The translations under genes were made by a program, and so were the position numbers. From Oscillospiraceae bacterium (lineage in GTDB: Bacteria; Bacillota; Clostridia; Oscillospirales; Acutalibacteraceae), in NCBI GenBank assembly GCA_902791335.1, contig CADAVL010000010.1:1-26669 (forward strand): a stretch of DNA of 26,669 nucleotides, given 5' to 3'. Of the stretch, positions 17,257 through 25,354 are shown piece after piece. Positions within the stretch are counted from its first letter, which is position 1, and the number at the start of each line of letters is the position of its first letter. The notes beneath the pieces were generated by a model. It was not told the DNA's origin, did no database searches, and worked only from the letters and a program-made list of their open reading frames with translations.

Positions 17257-18947
17257 ATGAAAGTTGTCATTGTAGGCGGTGTGGCAGGCGGTGCTACCGC
17301 TGCCGCCCGTATTCGCAGACTGAATGAGCAGGCAGAAATCGTAGTGTTTGAGCGGTCGGGATATATCTCCTATGCCAACTGTGGTCTGCCGTACTATATC
17401 GGTGATGTGATTACCGATCCCGAAGAACTGACCCTACAAACACCGGAAAGCTTCTTCTCCCGGTTCCTTGTAAACATGAAGGTGCGCCATGAGGTCACGG
17501 CTATCCATCCCGAAAAAAAGAAGTTACCGTGAAAAATCTGGAAACCGGTGAGGAGTTCGAGGAGAGCTATGACAAGCTGATTCTCTCTCCCGGAGCCAAG
17601 CCTACCCAGCCCCGGCTTCCCGGTATAGGAATCGGCAAGCTATTTACGTTGCGTACTGTGGAGGACACCTTCCGCATCAAAGACTACATTAACAAAAACC
17701 ATCCTAAATCCGCTGTACTGGCAGGCGGTGGCTTCATTGGATTGGAGCTGGCAGAGAACCTGCGAGAGTTGGGGATGGATGTCACCATTGTCCAGCGTCC
17801 AAAACAGCTTATGAATCCCTTTGATGCCGATATGGCTTCTTTCATCCATAATGAAATGCGTAGGGCTGGTGTAAAGCTGGCACTTGGTCATACCGTAGAA
17901 GGGTTTGAGGAAAGGGACGGCGGCGTGGATGTGCTGCTGAAAGAAGAACAGCCTCTCCATGCAGATATGGTAATCCTGGCCATTGGTGTTTCTCCCGAAA
18001 CCACCCTTGCAAAGGATGCCGGGTTGGAGCTGGGCATTAAAGGAAGTATTGTGGTCAATGACCGAATGGAAACCTCCATTTCCGACATCTATGCCGTGGG
18101 CGATGCGGTGCAGGTGAAGCACTTCGTCACCGGGAAGGATGCTCTGATCTCTTTGGCTGGCCCTGCCAATAAACAGGGACGAATCGCTGCGGACAACATC
18201 TGTGGCGGAGACAGCCATTATACCGGCTCCCAAGGCAGCAGTGTCATCAAGATCTTCGGCATGACTGCCGCTACTACCGGCGTAAATGAGACCAACGCCA
18301 GAAAAACAGGGCTGGATGTTGATACGGTTATCCTGTCGCCCATGAGCCATGCAGGTTACTACCCCGGCGGGAAAGTCATGACAATGAAGGTGGTCTTTGA
18401 AAAGGCGACTTATCGCCTGCTGGGTGCGCAGATCGTAGGCTATGAAGGTGTGGATAAGCGCATTGATGTGCTGGCCACCGCTATCCGGGCCGGAATGAAA
18501 GCCACGGAACTGAAGGATCTGGATCTGGCCTACGCACCGCCTTATTCTTCTGCGAAAGATCCGGTAAATATGGCTGGCTTTATGGTTGAGAATATCGCAA
18601 ACGGTGTTCTGAAACAATGGCATCTGGAAGATGCAGATCGCCTTCCTCGTGACGGAAGCGTAACTCTGTTGGACACCCGCACTGTGAAAGAATTCGCACA
18701 CGGACACATTGACGGCTTCTTTAACATCCCGGTGGACGAGCTGCGGGAGCGGCTGGGTGAGCTGGACAAGCGTAAGCCTGTCTACGTCATCTGTCAGAGC
18801 GGTCTGCGCAGCTACATTGCCTGTCGTATCCTGGCCGGAAACGGCTTTGACTGCTATAACTTCTCCGGCGGCTTTCGGTTCTATGATGCTGTGACCAATG
18901 ATCGCTGTCTCATTGAATCGGCTACGGCCTGCGGAATGGACAAATAA
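17257..18947 (+). CDS. cdr: CoA-disulfide / CoA-persulfide reductase with C-terminal rhodanese domain (CoADR-RHD). It is interrupted by a -1 frameshift in an A7 run at 17513-17519. This is either a pseudogene or a sequencing error.
   Basis: ORF 17257-17532 carries the FAD motif VVIVGGVAGGATAAARI and the redox Cys (SYANCGLPY). ORF 17529-18947 continues the pyridine-nucleotide-disulfide oxidoreductase fold and ends with a rhodanese domain (VYVICQSGLRS). Adding one A in the run restores IHPEKKEVTVKNLETGEEF. The combined length of ~563 aa is the expected size. Confidence 0.85.
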
Positions 18948-18949
18948 AC

Positions 18950-18997
18950 ATCCGCCGCATCTCTCCAACAATTTTGGTAGAGATGCGGCGGATTTTC
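18950..18997. terminator. Bidirectional intrinsic terminator with a 15-bp perfect stem, ATCCGCCGCATCTCT/AGAGATGCGGCGGAT
   Basis: The stem is followed by TTTCATCC on the plus strand. It lies between the convergent CoADR and ZIP genes. Confidence 0.7.
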
Positions 18998-19040
18998 ATC
19001 CTCTGACTGCAGCAAACATTTCAAACATCTTAATCACACT

Positions 19041-19796
19041 TTACCCCAAAAAGAAATTACTGACCAGCATCACACAGAATCCGGCCAGGAGCGCATAGGT
19101 TGCTCCGGTCTCGCTGCCGTGGGCATGGGTTTCGGGAATCATTTCATCACTGATGACATAGAGCATGGTTCCTCCCGCAAAGGCCAGAGCAAAGGGGAGA
19201 ATGGCCGAAGCAATGCTTACGGCCCAATATCCCAGAAGCGTACCGACGACTTCGATCAGCCCGGTCACCATGGCGCAGACAAAGGTTTTTACCGGGGATA
19301 CGCCTGCTGCCAGCATGGGCGCAATGATCACCATGCCTTCGGGGATGTTCTGCAGGGCGATACCGCAGGCGATCATCATCGCCTGCGCCGTGTCTTCACT
19401 TCCAAAGCTGACACCGGCGGCAATCCCCTCCGGCAGGTTATGGATCGCGATGGCTGTGACAAACAGCAATACCTTGTCAAGGTTGGCGCTGCGGTGTGTT
19501 TCCGTATCGGTTCCCACCAGCCTATGCAGGTGGGGAACCAGCTTATCAATGAGATTCAGGCACACCGCCCCAGTAAAGATCCCGATGATGGAAATGAGGA
19601 TCCCATGGGTTCCGCCATAATTGAGAGATGGCAGAATAAGTCCCAGTACAGCCGCAGACAGCATAACACCTGCCGCAAAGGACAGCACTATGTCGGAGAA
19701 TTTGTGGGAGATCTTCCGAAAGACAAAGCCAATGAGACTTCCAAAAATGGTCGCGCCCCCCACGCCGAGGGCGGTAAGCAATACGATTTTCATCAT
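19041..19796 (-). CDS. zupT: ZIP-family divalent metal (Zn/Fe) transporter, ZupT-like
   Basis: MMKIVLLTALGVGGATIFGSLIGFVF resembles the ZupT N-terminus. HNLPEGIAAGVSFG and ALQNIPEGMVI are the signature metal-binding helices. I set the start at ATGATG (19796/19793) rather than the track's upstream GTG. Confidence 0.8.
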   Translation of the reverse strand: MMKIVLLTALGVGGATIFGSLIGFVFRKISHKFSDIVLSFAAGVMLSAAVLGLILPSLNYGGTHGILISIIGIFTGAVCLNLIDKLVPHLHRLVGTDTETHRSANLDKVLLFVTAIAIHNLPEGIAAGVSFGSEDTAQAMMIACGIALQNIPEGMVIIAPMLAAGVSPVKTFVCAMVTGLIEVVGTLLGYWAVSIASAILPFALAFAGGTMLYVISDEMIPETHAHGSETGATYALLAGFCVMLVSNFFLG

Positions 19797-19812
19797 CAAC
19801 GATACAGGTCTT

Positions 19813-20472
19813 CTATTTATCAGAAAGTTCCTGCAATCTCCTTTCTTCACAAATCTCCACGATGCCCCGCGCCAGCTTCACCATACCCTCGTTCTGGAAA
19901 TAGCGAAGCATTCGGGTAACTACCTCACGGGCGGTGCCCATGTGGCCCGCAATGGTTTCATGGGTAATCTTGAGGGTGTTTGTTTCCTCTATGCTGCATT
20001 CCTCCAGCAGAAATTCTGCCAGCCTTTTATCAAAGCTTTTCCACATTATCTGCTCCATGAGCCACATAACCTCAGAAAAACGGGTAGCCATAATTTCGTT
20101 GGTAAAATTAGCTACCACAGCAGACTCTTTCATTAAGCGACCATAAGTGTCAGCAGAAATAACCCACATCGTGGTATCCTTCTGCGCCTCAATGGTGATC
20201 TCAAACTGAATGCTGTTCATCATACAGGAGGCGGAAAACAGGCAAATATCCCGATCAAACAAACGATAGAGGCTAATCTCCCGTCCTTCATCGGAAAGAA
20301 GATAGGCACGAAGCTGTCCGCTTTTTACCAGCAGAAGACCGGTACACTCCACAGTTCCGTTGTGAATCACAGTCCCCTTGTCCACTTTTCGTAAAACTGC
20401 ATTTTGCTCCAAAATCTGCTGCTGGGTCGGTGTCAGTTTGTTCCAAATTGGAAAATAGGATGAAAAATCCAT
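19813..20472 (-). CDS. Crp/Fnr-family transcriptional regulator (219 aa): cNMP-binding-like domain plus C-terminal HTH
   Basis: HTH region TLKITHETIAGHMGTAREVVTRMLRYFQNEGMV with an N-terminal beta-barrel. RBS AAGGAGG is followed 7 nt later by ATG at 20472. The rest of the 517-aa track ORF is antisense to the DUF134-NifX gene. Confidence 0.85.
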   Translation of the reverse strand: MDFSSYFPIWNKLTPTQQQILEQNAVLRKVDKGTVIHNGTVECTGLLLVKSGQLRAYLLSDEGREISLYRLFDRDICLFSASCMMNSIQFEITIEAQKDTTMWVISADTYGRLMKESAVVANFTNEIMATRFSEVMWLMEQIMWKSFDKRLAEFLLEECSIEETNTLKITHETIAGHMGTAREVVTRMLRYFQNEGMVKLARGIVEICEERRLQELSDK

Positions 20473-20516
20473 GGATACACCTCCTTGAATACACATAGTA
20501 TAAAATAATTTATGGC

Positions 20517-20565
20517 ATCTGTCAATAATTTCGTTGACATATAGGAAATGGAGATGTATAATGGT
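20517..20565. promoter_or_regulatory. Divergent back-to-back promoters. Plus strand: TTGACA-N17-TATAAT (20533-20561). Minus strand: TTGACA-N17-TATACT.
   Basis: The two -35 hexamers form TGTCAA-N8-TTGACA. They drive the Crp/Fnr gene leftward and the DUF134 gene rightward. Confidence 0.5.
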
Positions 20566-20607
20566 CATATAAATGACATATGCCGTAAATAATATGGTGG
20601 TGAATCT

Positions 20608-21378
20608 ATGCCAAGACCGAGAAAATGCAGAAAAGTTTGTTGTTTGCCGGATAATGATGGTTTTGTTCCGGTTCGTGGCGGCGAGGAACTGACTCCCATT
20701 GTCCTGAATGTGGATGAGTATGAATCCATTCGCCTGATTGACCGTGAAGGTTTTTCTCAGGAGCAATGCGGAGAATATATGCGTATTGCCAGAACAACGG
20801 TTCAGCAGATTTATGCAGCTGCCCGCAAAAAACTGGCCGATGCGCTGGTTGAGGGACTTCCTCTGCGAATCGAGGGAGGGGATTTTACACTCTGCAGCGG
20901 AAACAGCGCAGCCTACGGGTGCAGAAATTGCTATCAGCAAAAAATCCATCCGATGCACGAAAAACCGAAAGGAGATCATATTATGAGAATTGCAGTCACT
21001 TATGAAAACGGAGAAATCTTTCAGCACTTCGGTCACACCGAACAGTTTAAACTCTACGATGTGGAAGATGGAAAAATCATTTCGTCTGAGGTTGTGGATG
21101 CTGGCGGCAGCGGACATGGTGCACTGGCAGGCGTCCTGCGTGCACTGAAGGTGGATGCCCTGATCTGCGGCGGTATTGGCGGCGGTGCCCAGATGGCACT
21201 GAGCGATGTGGGTATCCGGCTTTATGGTGGTGTTTCCGGCAACGCTGATGCAGCAGCAGAAGCACTGGCAGCAGGCGAGCTGGACTTCAACCCCAATGTC
21301 CGGTGTGATCATCACGACCACCATGGGGAAGGTCACTCTTGCGGTTTTCACGGCTGCGGCCATCACTCCTGCGACTGA
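20608..21378 (+). CDS. Fusion of a DUF134 (UPF0251) putative DNA-binding domain with a NifX/NifB-like (dinitrogenase FeMo-cofactor family) domain, plus a C-terminal His/Cys-rich tail. 256 aa.
   Basis: MPRPRKCRKVCCLPDNDGFVP is the DUF134 signature. MRIAVTYENGEIFQHFGHTEQFKLYDV...ALICGGIGGGAQMAL is the NifX-like fold. The tail is CDHHDHHGEGHSCGFHGCGHHSCD. An internal AAAGGAGA-N7-ATG sits at the domain junction (~20975-20992). Confidence 0.75.
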   Translation: MPRPRKCRKVCCLPDNDGFVPVRGGEELTPIVLNVDEYESIRLIDREGFSQEQCGEYMRIARTTVQQIYAAARKKLADALVEGLPLRIEGGDFTLCSGNSAAYGCRNCYQQKIHPMHEKPKGDHIMRIAVTYENGEIFQHFGHTEQFKLYDVEDGKIISSEVVDAGGSGHGALAGVLRALKVDALICGGIGGGAQMALSDVGIRLYGGVSGNADAAAEALAAGELDFNPNVRCDHHDHHGEGHSCGFHGCGHHSCD

Positions 21379-21460
21379 AATAGGTGATTAAGTCACGGAA
21401 TATGTGTCGTGATTTGATAAAATATAGTTAAAGGAGGCGGTAAAACCTAAGTAATAAATC

Positions 21461-21489
21461 TTGATAAATTCACAGAATTGTGATATAAT
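21461..21489 (+). promoter_or_regulatory. Promoter TTGATA-N17-TATAAT whose spacer holds the palindrome TCACA-GAAT-TGTGA
   Basis: TTGATA 21461-21466, TCACA 21470-21474, TGTGA 21479-21483, TATAAT 21484-21489. The operator-like 5-4-5 palindrome overlaps the core promoter of the hydrogenase-rubrerythrin gene. Confidence 0.45.
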
Positions 21490-21556
21490 TATTGTGTATA
21501 AACTGGCAAACAAAAACAATTTCAGAATAAACAATTAAGAATAAAGGAGAAATGAA

Positions 21557-23620
21557 ATGGCAGAGCATTTACCACTATCTGTTCGGGTGCCGATTGAAGC
21601 GGATAACCCAAGTATTTGCCGCAAAGAAGAGCTTTGCATCAAGTGCGGACAATGCCGTGAGGTCTGCACGAATGAAATCGGTGTTCACGGTACATATTCC
21701 TTCGAGCAAACCGAAGGAAAGGCGATCTGTATCCACTGCGGACAGTGTGCAAACGTCTGTCCTACCGCAAGCATTACCGAGGTCTACGAATACCCGGACG
21801 TGAAGGCGGCTATCGCAGATCCCGATAAGATCGTTATCGTCAGCACGTCCCCCTCTGTGCGCGTTGCTCTCGGTGAAGAGTTTGGAATGGCGAAAGGAAG
21901 CTTCGTGCAGGGTAAAATGATCGCCCTTATGCGTGCTCTCGGTGCCGATTACGTCCTGGATACCAACTTTGCCGCAGACCTAACCATCGTTGAGGAAGCA
22001 AGCGAGCTTGTTCGTCGCATTACGACAGGAGATAAGCCCCTGCCTCAGTTTACAAGCTGCTGCCCTGCGTGGGTGAAGTTTGCTGAAACCTACTATCCCG
22101 AAATGCTCCCGCACGTATCAACTGCCAAGAGCCCCATCGGTATGCAAGGCCCCACTATTAAGACCTACTTCGCCCAGAAGATGGGTATTGATCCGAAGAA
22201 GATCGTTAACGTAGCACTTACCCCCTGTACTGCGAAGAAATTCGAGATCCGACGCGAGGAAATGAACGCCGCAGGCAAGAAGCTCGGTATCCCCGAAATG
22301 CGCGATATGGACTACGTTGTTACAACTCGCGAGCTTGCTCTTTGGGCAAAGGAAGCAAAGATCGACTTTGCTTCGCTTGAGGATAGCGATTACGACCGCT
22401 TTATGGGTGAAGCATCGGGTGCAGGCGTGATCTTCGGTAATACCGGAGGTGTTATGGAGGCAGCGCTTCGTACTGCATACTCCTATATCACGGGTGAGAT
22501 CCCCCCGGGCGCACTTCTTGACCTTAAGCCCGTTCGCGGATATGAGGGCATCAGAGAAGCAAGCCTTGACGTCAAGGGAACCACTGTAAACGTAGCTGTT
22601 GTTTATGGTACAGCCAACGCTCGCAAGCTCATCGAACTAATCAAGAGTGGCGAGAAGAACTACCACTTCGTTGAGGTGATGACCTGTCCCGGCGGATGCA
22701 TCGGCGGTGGCGGTCAGCCCCGTGATTTTGCGGCAGATGCTAATGCAAGCCGTAAGGCAAGAATCGAGAGCCTTTACAAGAGAGATGCCTCTTTGACTCT
22801 TCGTTCGAGCCACGAAAACCCTGAGATAAAGGAGCTTTACGAGGAATTTTACGGCAAACCGCTCAGTGAGCTTGCGGAAGAAATGCTCCATACTATGTAC
22901 ACTGATCGCTCAAGCGACATCAATAAAGAAATTATAAAAGGAGAAACAAAGAAAATGGAAAAATGGAAATGCACAGTCTGCGGTTACATTCACGAAGGCC
23001 CTATGACACCTGATTTTAAGTGCCCCATCTGCAAGCAGCCTGCCAACAAGTTTGTGAAGATTGAGGATGCTGCGGCTCCTGCAAAGAATCCCTATGCAGG
23101 TACCAAAACCGAGAAAAATCTGTGGGAAGCCTTTGCTGGTGAGAGTCAGGCCCGGAACAAGTACACCTACTTCGCCTCCGTCGCCAAGAAAGCCGGCTAC
23201 GAGCAGATCGCCGCGCTGTTCCTGCATACTGCACAGAACGAGATGGAGCACGCCAAGCTGTGGTTCAAAGCTCTGGGCGAGCTGGGTGATACTGCCGAGA
23301 ACCTGCTCCATGCTGCTGAAGGTGAGAACGCCGAGTGGACAGATATGTATGACCGCATGGCTCGTGAAGCTGATGAGGAGGGATTCCATGATCTGGCTGA
23401 ACAGTTCCGTGGCGTAGCTGCCATTGAGAAGATGCACGAGGAGCGCTACCGCAAGCTTTTGAGCAACGTGGAGGCTATGCAGGTGTTTGAGAAGAGCGGC
23501 GTTACCATCTGGGAGTGCCGTAACTGCGGACATATCGTAGTAGGAACCAAGGCTCCTGATATCTGCCCTGTCTGCAAACATCCTCAGGCATTCTTCGAAG
23601 TGCGTGCGGAAAACTATTGA
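21557..23620 (+). CDS. hydA: [FeFe]-hydrogenase catalytic subunit fused to rubredoxin, rubrerythrin and a C-terminal rubredoxin-like domain. 687 aa.
   Basis: Two ferredoxin-like Cys motifs ([23 protein letters not shown]). H-cluster motifs are [17 protein letters not shown] and [16 protein letters not shown]. Rubredoxin CTVCGY...CPICKQP follows, then rubrerythrin diiron helices ([11 protein letters not shown]...NEMEHAKLW...[11 protein letters not shown]...IEKMHEERY), then C-terminal CRNCGH...CPVCKHP. RBS AAAGGAGA. Confidence 0.85.
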   Translation: MAEHLPLSVRVPIEADNPSICRKEELCIKCGQCREVCTNEIGVHGTYSFEQTEGKAICIHCGQCANVCPTASITEVYEYPDVKAAIADPDKIVIVSTSPSVRVALGEEFGMAKGSFVQGKMIALMRALGADYVLDTNFAADLTIVEEASELVRRITTGDKPLPQFTSCCPAWVKFAETYYPEMLPHVSTAKSPIGMQGPTIKTYFAQKMGIDPKKIVNVALTPCTAKKFEIRREEMNAAGKKLGIPEMRDMDYVVTTRELALWAKEAKIDFASLEDSDYDRFMGEASGAGVIFGNTGGVMEAALRTAYSYITGEIPPGALLDLKPVRGYEGIREASLDVKGTTVNVAVVYGTANARKLIELIKSGEKNYHFVEVMTCPGGCIGGGGQPRDFAADANASRKARIESLYKRDASLTLRSSHENPEIKELYEEFYGKPLSELAEEMLHTMYTDRSSDINKEIIKGETKKMEKWKCTVCGYIHEGPMTPDFKCPICKQPANKFVKIEDAAAPAKNPYAGTKTEKNLWEAFAGESQARNKYTYFASVAKKAGYEQIAALFLHTAQNEMEHAKLWFKALGELGDTAENLLHAAEGENAEWTDMYDRMAREADEEGFHDLAEQFRGVAAIEKMHEERYRKLLSNVEAMQVFEKSGVTIWECRNCGHIVVGTKAPDICPVCKHPQAFFEVRAENY

Positions 23621-23639
23621 TAAAACGGAGGAAATTAAA

Positions 23640-24017
23640 ATGAGTGCAAAGTTTTATATCTGCCGTCATTGCGGCAATCTGGTTGGTATGATTCACGACG
23701 CAGGTGTTCCCATGATGTGTTGTGGTCAGAAAATGGAGACTCTTGAGCCTAACACCGTAGAAGCCAGCGGCGAAAAGCATCTGCCTGCTGTTACTGTTGA
23801 AGATGGTGCAATCCATGTCAATGTGGGTTCTGTAGATCATCCTATGCTTCCGGAGCATTTCATCGAGTGGATCTATGTCCAGACCGAAAACGGTGGTCAG
23901 CGTAAGGTTTTGAAGCCCGGTGACGAACCCCATGTCACCTTCTTCCTGGGAGACGATAAAGCAGCAGCTGTCTATGCTTATTGCAATCTCCACGGCTTGT
24001 GGAAAACTGAAATTTAA
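23640..24017 (+). CDS. dfx: Desulfoferrodoxin (2Fe superoxide reductase)
   Basis: N-terminal desulforedoxin-like CRHCGN...MCCGQ. C-terminal SOR ligands EKHLP...H...CNLHGLW. RBS GGAGG is followed 8 nt later by ATG at 23640 (the track start at 23604 has no RBS). Confidence 0.85.
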   Translation: MSAKFYICRHCGNLVGMIHDAGVPMMCCGQKMETLEPNTVEASGEKHLPAVTVEDGAIHVNVGSVDHPMLPEHFIEWIYVQTENGGQRKVLKPGDEPHVTFFLGDDKAAAVYAYCNLHGLWKTEI

Positions 24018-24034
24018 CATGGAGGTTCTTGTAA

Positions 24035-24544
24035 ATGAACGAAAAAGTACATGCGCTTATCAATCAACAGATAAATAAGGAATTCTATTCCGCATACCTT
24101 TATCTCAATTTTTCAAACTATTTCGAGGAAGTCGGGCTTGACGGCTTTGCCAACTGGTATAAAATTCAGGCTCAGGAAGAGCGTGACCACGCCATGCTTT
24201 TCTATCAGTACCTGCAAAACGAAAACCAGAAGGTAACGCTTGAAGCCATTGACAAGCCTAATCTGAATGCAGCTTGCCATATGGATGTTTTGAAGGCGGG
24301 TCTTGAGCACGAAAAATATGTAACCTCGCTGATTAATGATATCTATAGTGAGGCTTACGAAGCAAGGGATTTCCGTACCATGCAGTTCCTCGATTGGTTT
24401 GTGAAAGAACAAGGTGAAGAAGAAACCAATGCAAATAATTTGATTTCCAAAATGGAACTCTTTGGCTCCGATCCCAAAAGCTTGTATATGCTCAATCAGG
24501 AATTGGCAGCACGAATTTACTCTGCTCCTTCTTTGGTTCTTTAA
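24035..24544 (+). CDS. ftn: Bacterial non-haem ferritin
   Basis: LINQQINKEFYSAYLYLNFSNYF...QAQEERDHAMLFYQYL ferroxidase-centre helices. 169 aa. RBS GGAGG. Confidence 0.9.
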   Translation: MNEKVHALINQQINKEFYSAYLYLNFSNYFEEVGLDGFANWYKIQAQEERDHAMLFYQYLQNENQKVTLEAIDKPNLNAACHMDVLKAGLEHEKYVTSLINDIYSEAYEARDFRTMQFLDWFVKEQGEEETNANNLISKMELFGSDPKSLYMLNQELAARIYSAPSLVL

Positions 24545-24582
24545 TCACTATAGCCTATAGATGATGGAAGTATAAAAGGCAG

Positions 24583-24619
24583 TATGCCGCCTGTCGGTTT
24601 TCCGGCAGGCGTTTTTTTA
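24583..24619 (+). terminator. Intrinsic terminator after ferritin: GCCGCCTGTCGG/CCGGCAGGC stem followed by GTTTTTTT
   Basis: Stem at 24585-24594 and 24602-24610 with one mismatch. U-tract at 24611-24618. Confidence 0.6.
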
Positions 24620-24692
24620 CAGAGGATGCCTATGATTTAAGATAATGCCAGCTTTATCTATTTACATCGCATAGATGAAGTAGAACTGAACA

Positions 24693-24935
24693 TTGAGGAT
24701 AAGGCAGCAATATATCCGTTATAATAAAAAGCAAAACAGTTACTCGTGGGAATATCAACCCAAAGGATATATGGAGTTACCCGCCAAAATCAAATGGGTC
24801 AAAGAACAGGGATTATGGCAACAGGTTCGTAAATATTATTTATACAAGAAGAACACAAACGATAACCCTAATAAACATTCAAGAACAATCTTTGCAGAAA
24901 CCATTCACGAAATATGGCAGAAGAATAAAGATTAA
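24693..24935 (+). CDS. Hypothetical Lys/Tyr-rich small ORF (80 aa) between two terminators. The coding status is doubtful.
   Basis: Open frame only. The start is non-ATG (TTG) and RBS support is weak. An internal ATG (MELPAKIKW) is preceded by AAAGGA with short spacing. I could not recognise a domain. Confidence 0.2.
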   Translation: MRIRQQYIRYNKKQNSYSWEYQPKGYMELPAKIKWVKEQGLWQQVRKYYLYKKNTNDNPNKHSRTIFAETIHEIWQKNKD

Positions 24936-24939
24936 AAAA

Positions 24940-24967
24940 GCAGGTATCAAATTACTTTGATACCTGC
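24940..24967. terminator. 12-bp perfect hairpin GCAGGTATCAAA-TTAC-TTTGATACCTGC. A U6 tract follows on the minus strand.
   Basis: On the minus strand it would terminate transcripts that read from the DUF4379 gene (25355-26599) through repeat copy B. Confidence 0.6.
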
Positions 24968-25092
24968 TAAAACTTTAATAAGTTCTCATATTGTGTCAGG
25001 ATAATTTCTGAAGCCGTGGGTAAATCGTGGGTAAAATGCCTTTTTTGACACTTTCAAAACCACGAAAACCCGCATAAATAAAGGGTTTTATT

Positions 25093-25270
25093 AGTCCAAC
25101 GATTTCATTGTGGGGATTCGGGCAGAAACCGGGAATTATCGGGAATTATCAAGCATTTACGGGCATTTTACAAAAATAAAACCACACGAACAAGGTCGTA
25201 TCGAGAATTATCAAGAATTCTGTAATGAGTATGTTGGTGTAACTTTTGGTGTAAGGTGTAACCTTGATAC
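25093..25270 (+). repeat. Repeat copy B (~170 bp), about 90% identical to 15827-15990, with the same TATCAAG-like motif array
   Basis: Reads ...GGGAATTATCGGGAATTATCAAGCATTTACGGGCATTTTACAAAAATAAAACCACACGAACAAGGTCGTATCGAGAATTATCAAGAATTCTG...GGTGTAACTTTTGGTGTAAGGTGTAACCTTGATAC. Confidence 0.8.
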
Positions 25271-25354
25271 ATTGAATTGCCCACCAAAGAAACGCATCTC
25301 TTTTATTTGGCATATAAGCATTATACACCAAAAGTCCGAGAAAATCAAGTGATG

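Noticed and set aside
17640-18971. 443-aa minus-strand ORF
   Set aside because: Antisense to the CoADR-RHD gene, which has unmistakable FAD, NAD and rhodanese motifs. It is a shadow ORF.
19119-20136. Plus-strand ORFs of 266, 151 and 171 aa
   Set aside because: Antisense to the ZIP transporter and Crp/Fnr genes. No RBS and low-complexity translations.
20517-20538. TGTCAA-N8-TTGACA palindrome as a possible Crp/Fnr operator
   Set aside because: It is fully explained as two back-to-back -35 hexamers of divergent promoters, each with a properly spaced -10. There is no need to invoke a transcription-factor site.
20473-21366. Upstream ~300 aa of the 517-aa minus-strand track ORF
   Set aside because: Only the last 219 aa (from ATG 20472, with a perfect RBS) form the Crp/Fnr protein. 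The extension is antisense to the DUF134-NifX gene and has no recognisable domains.
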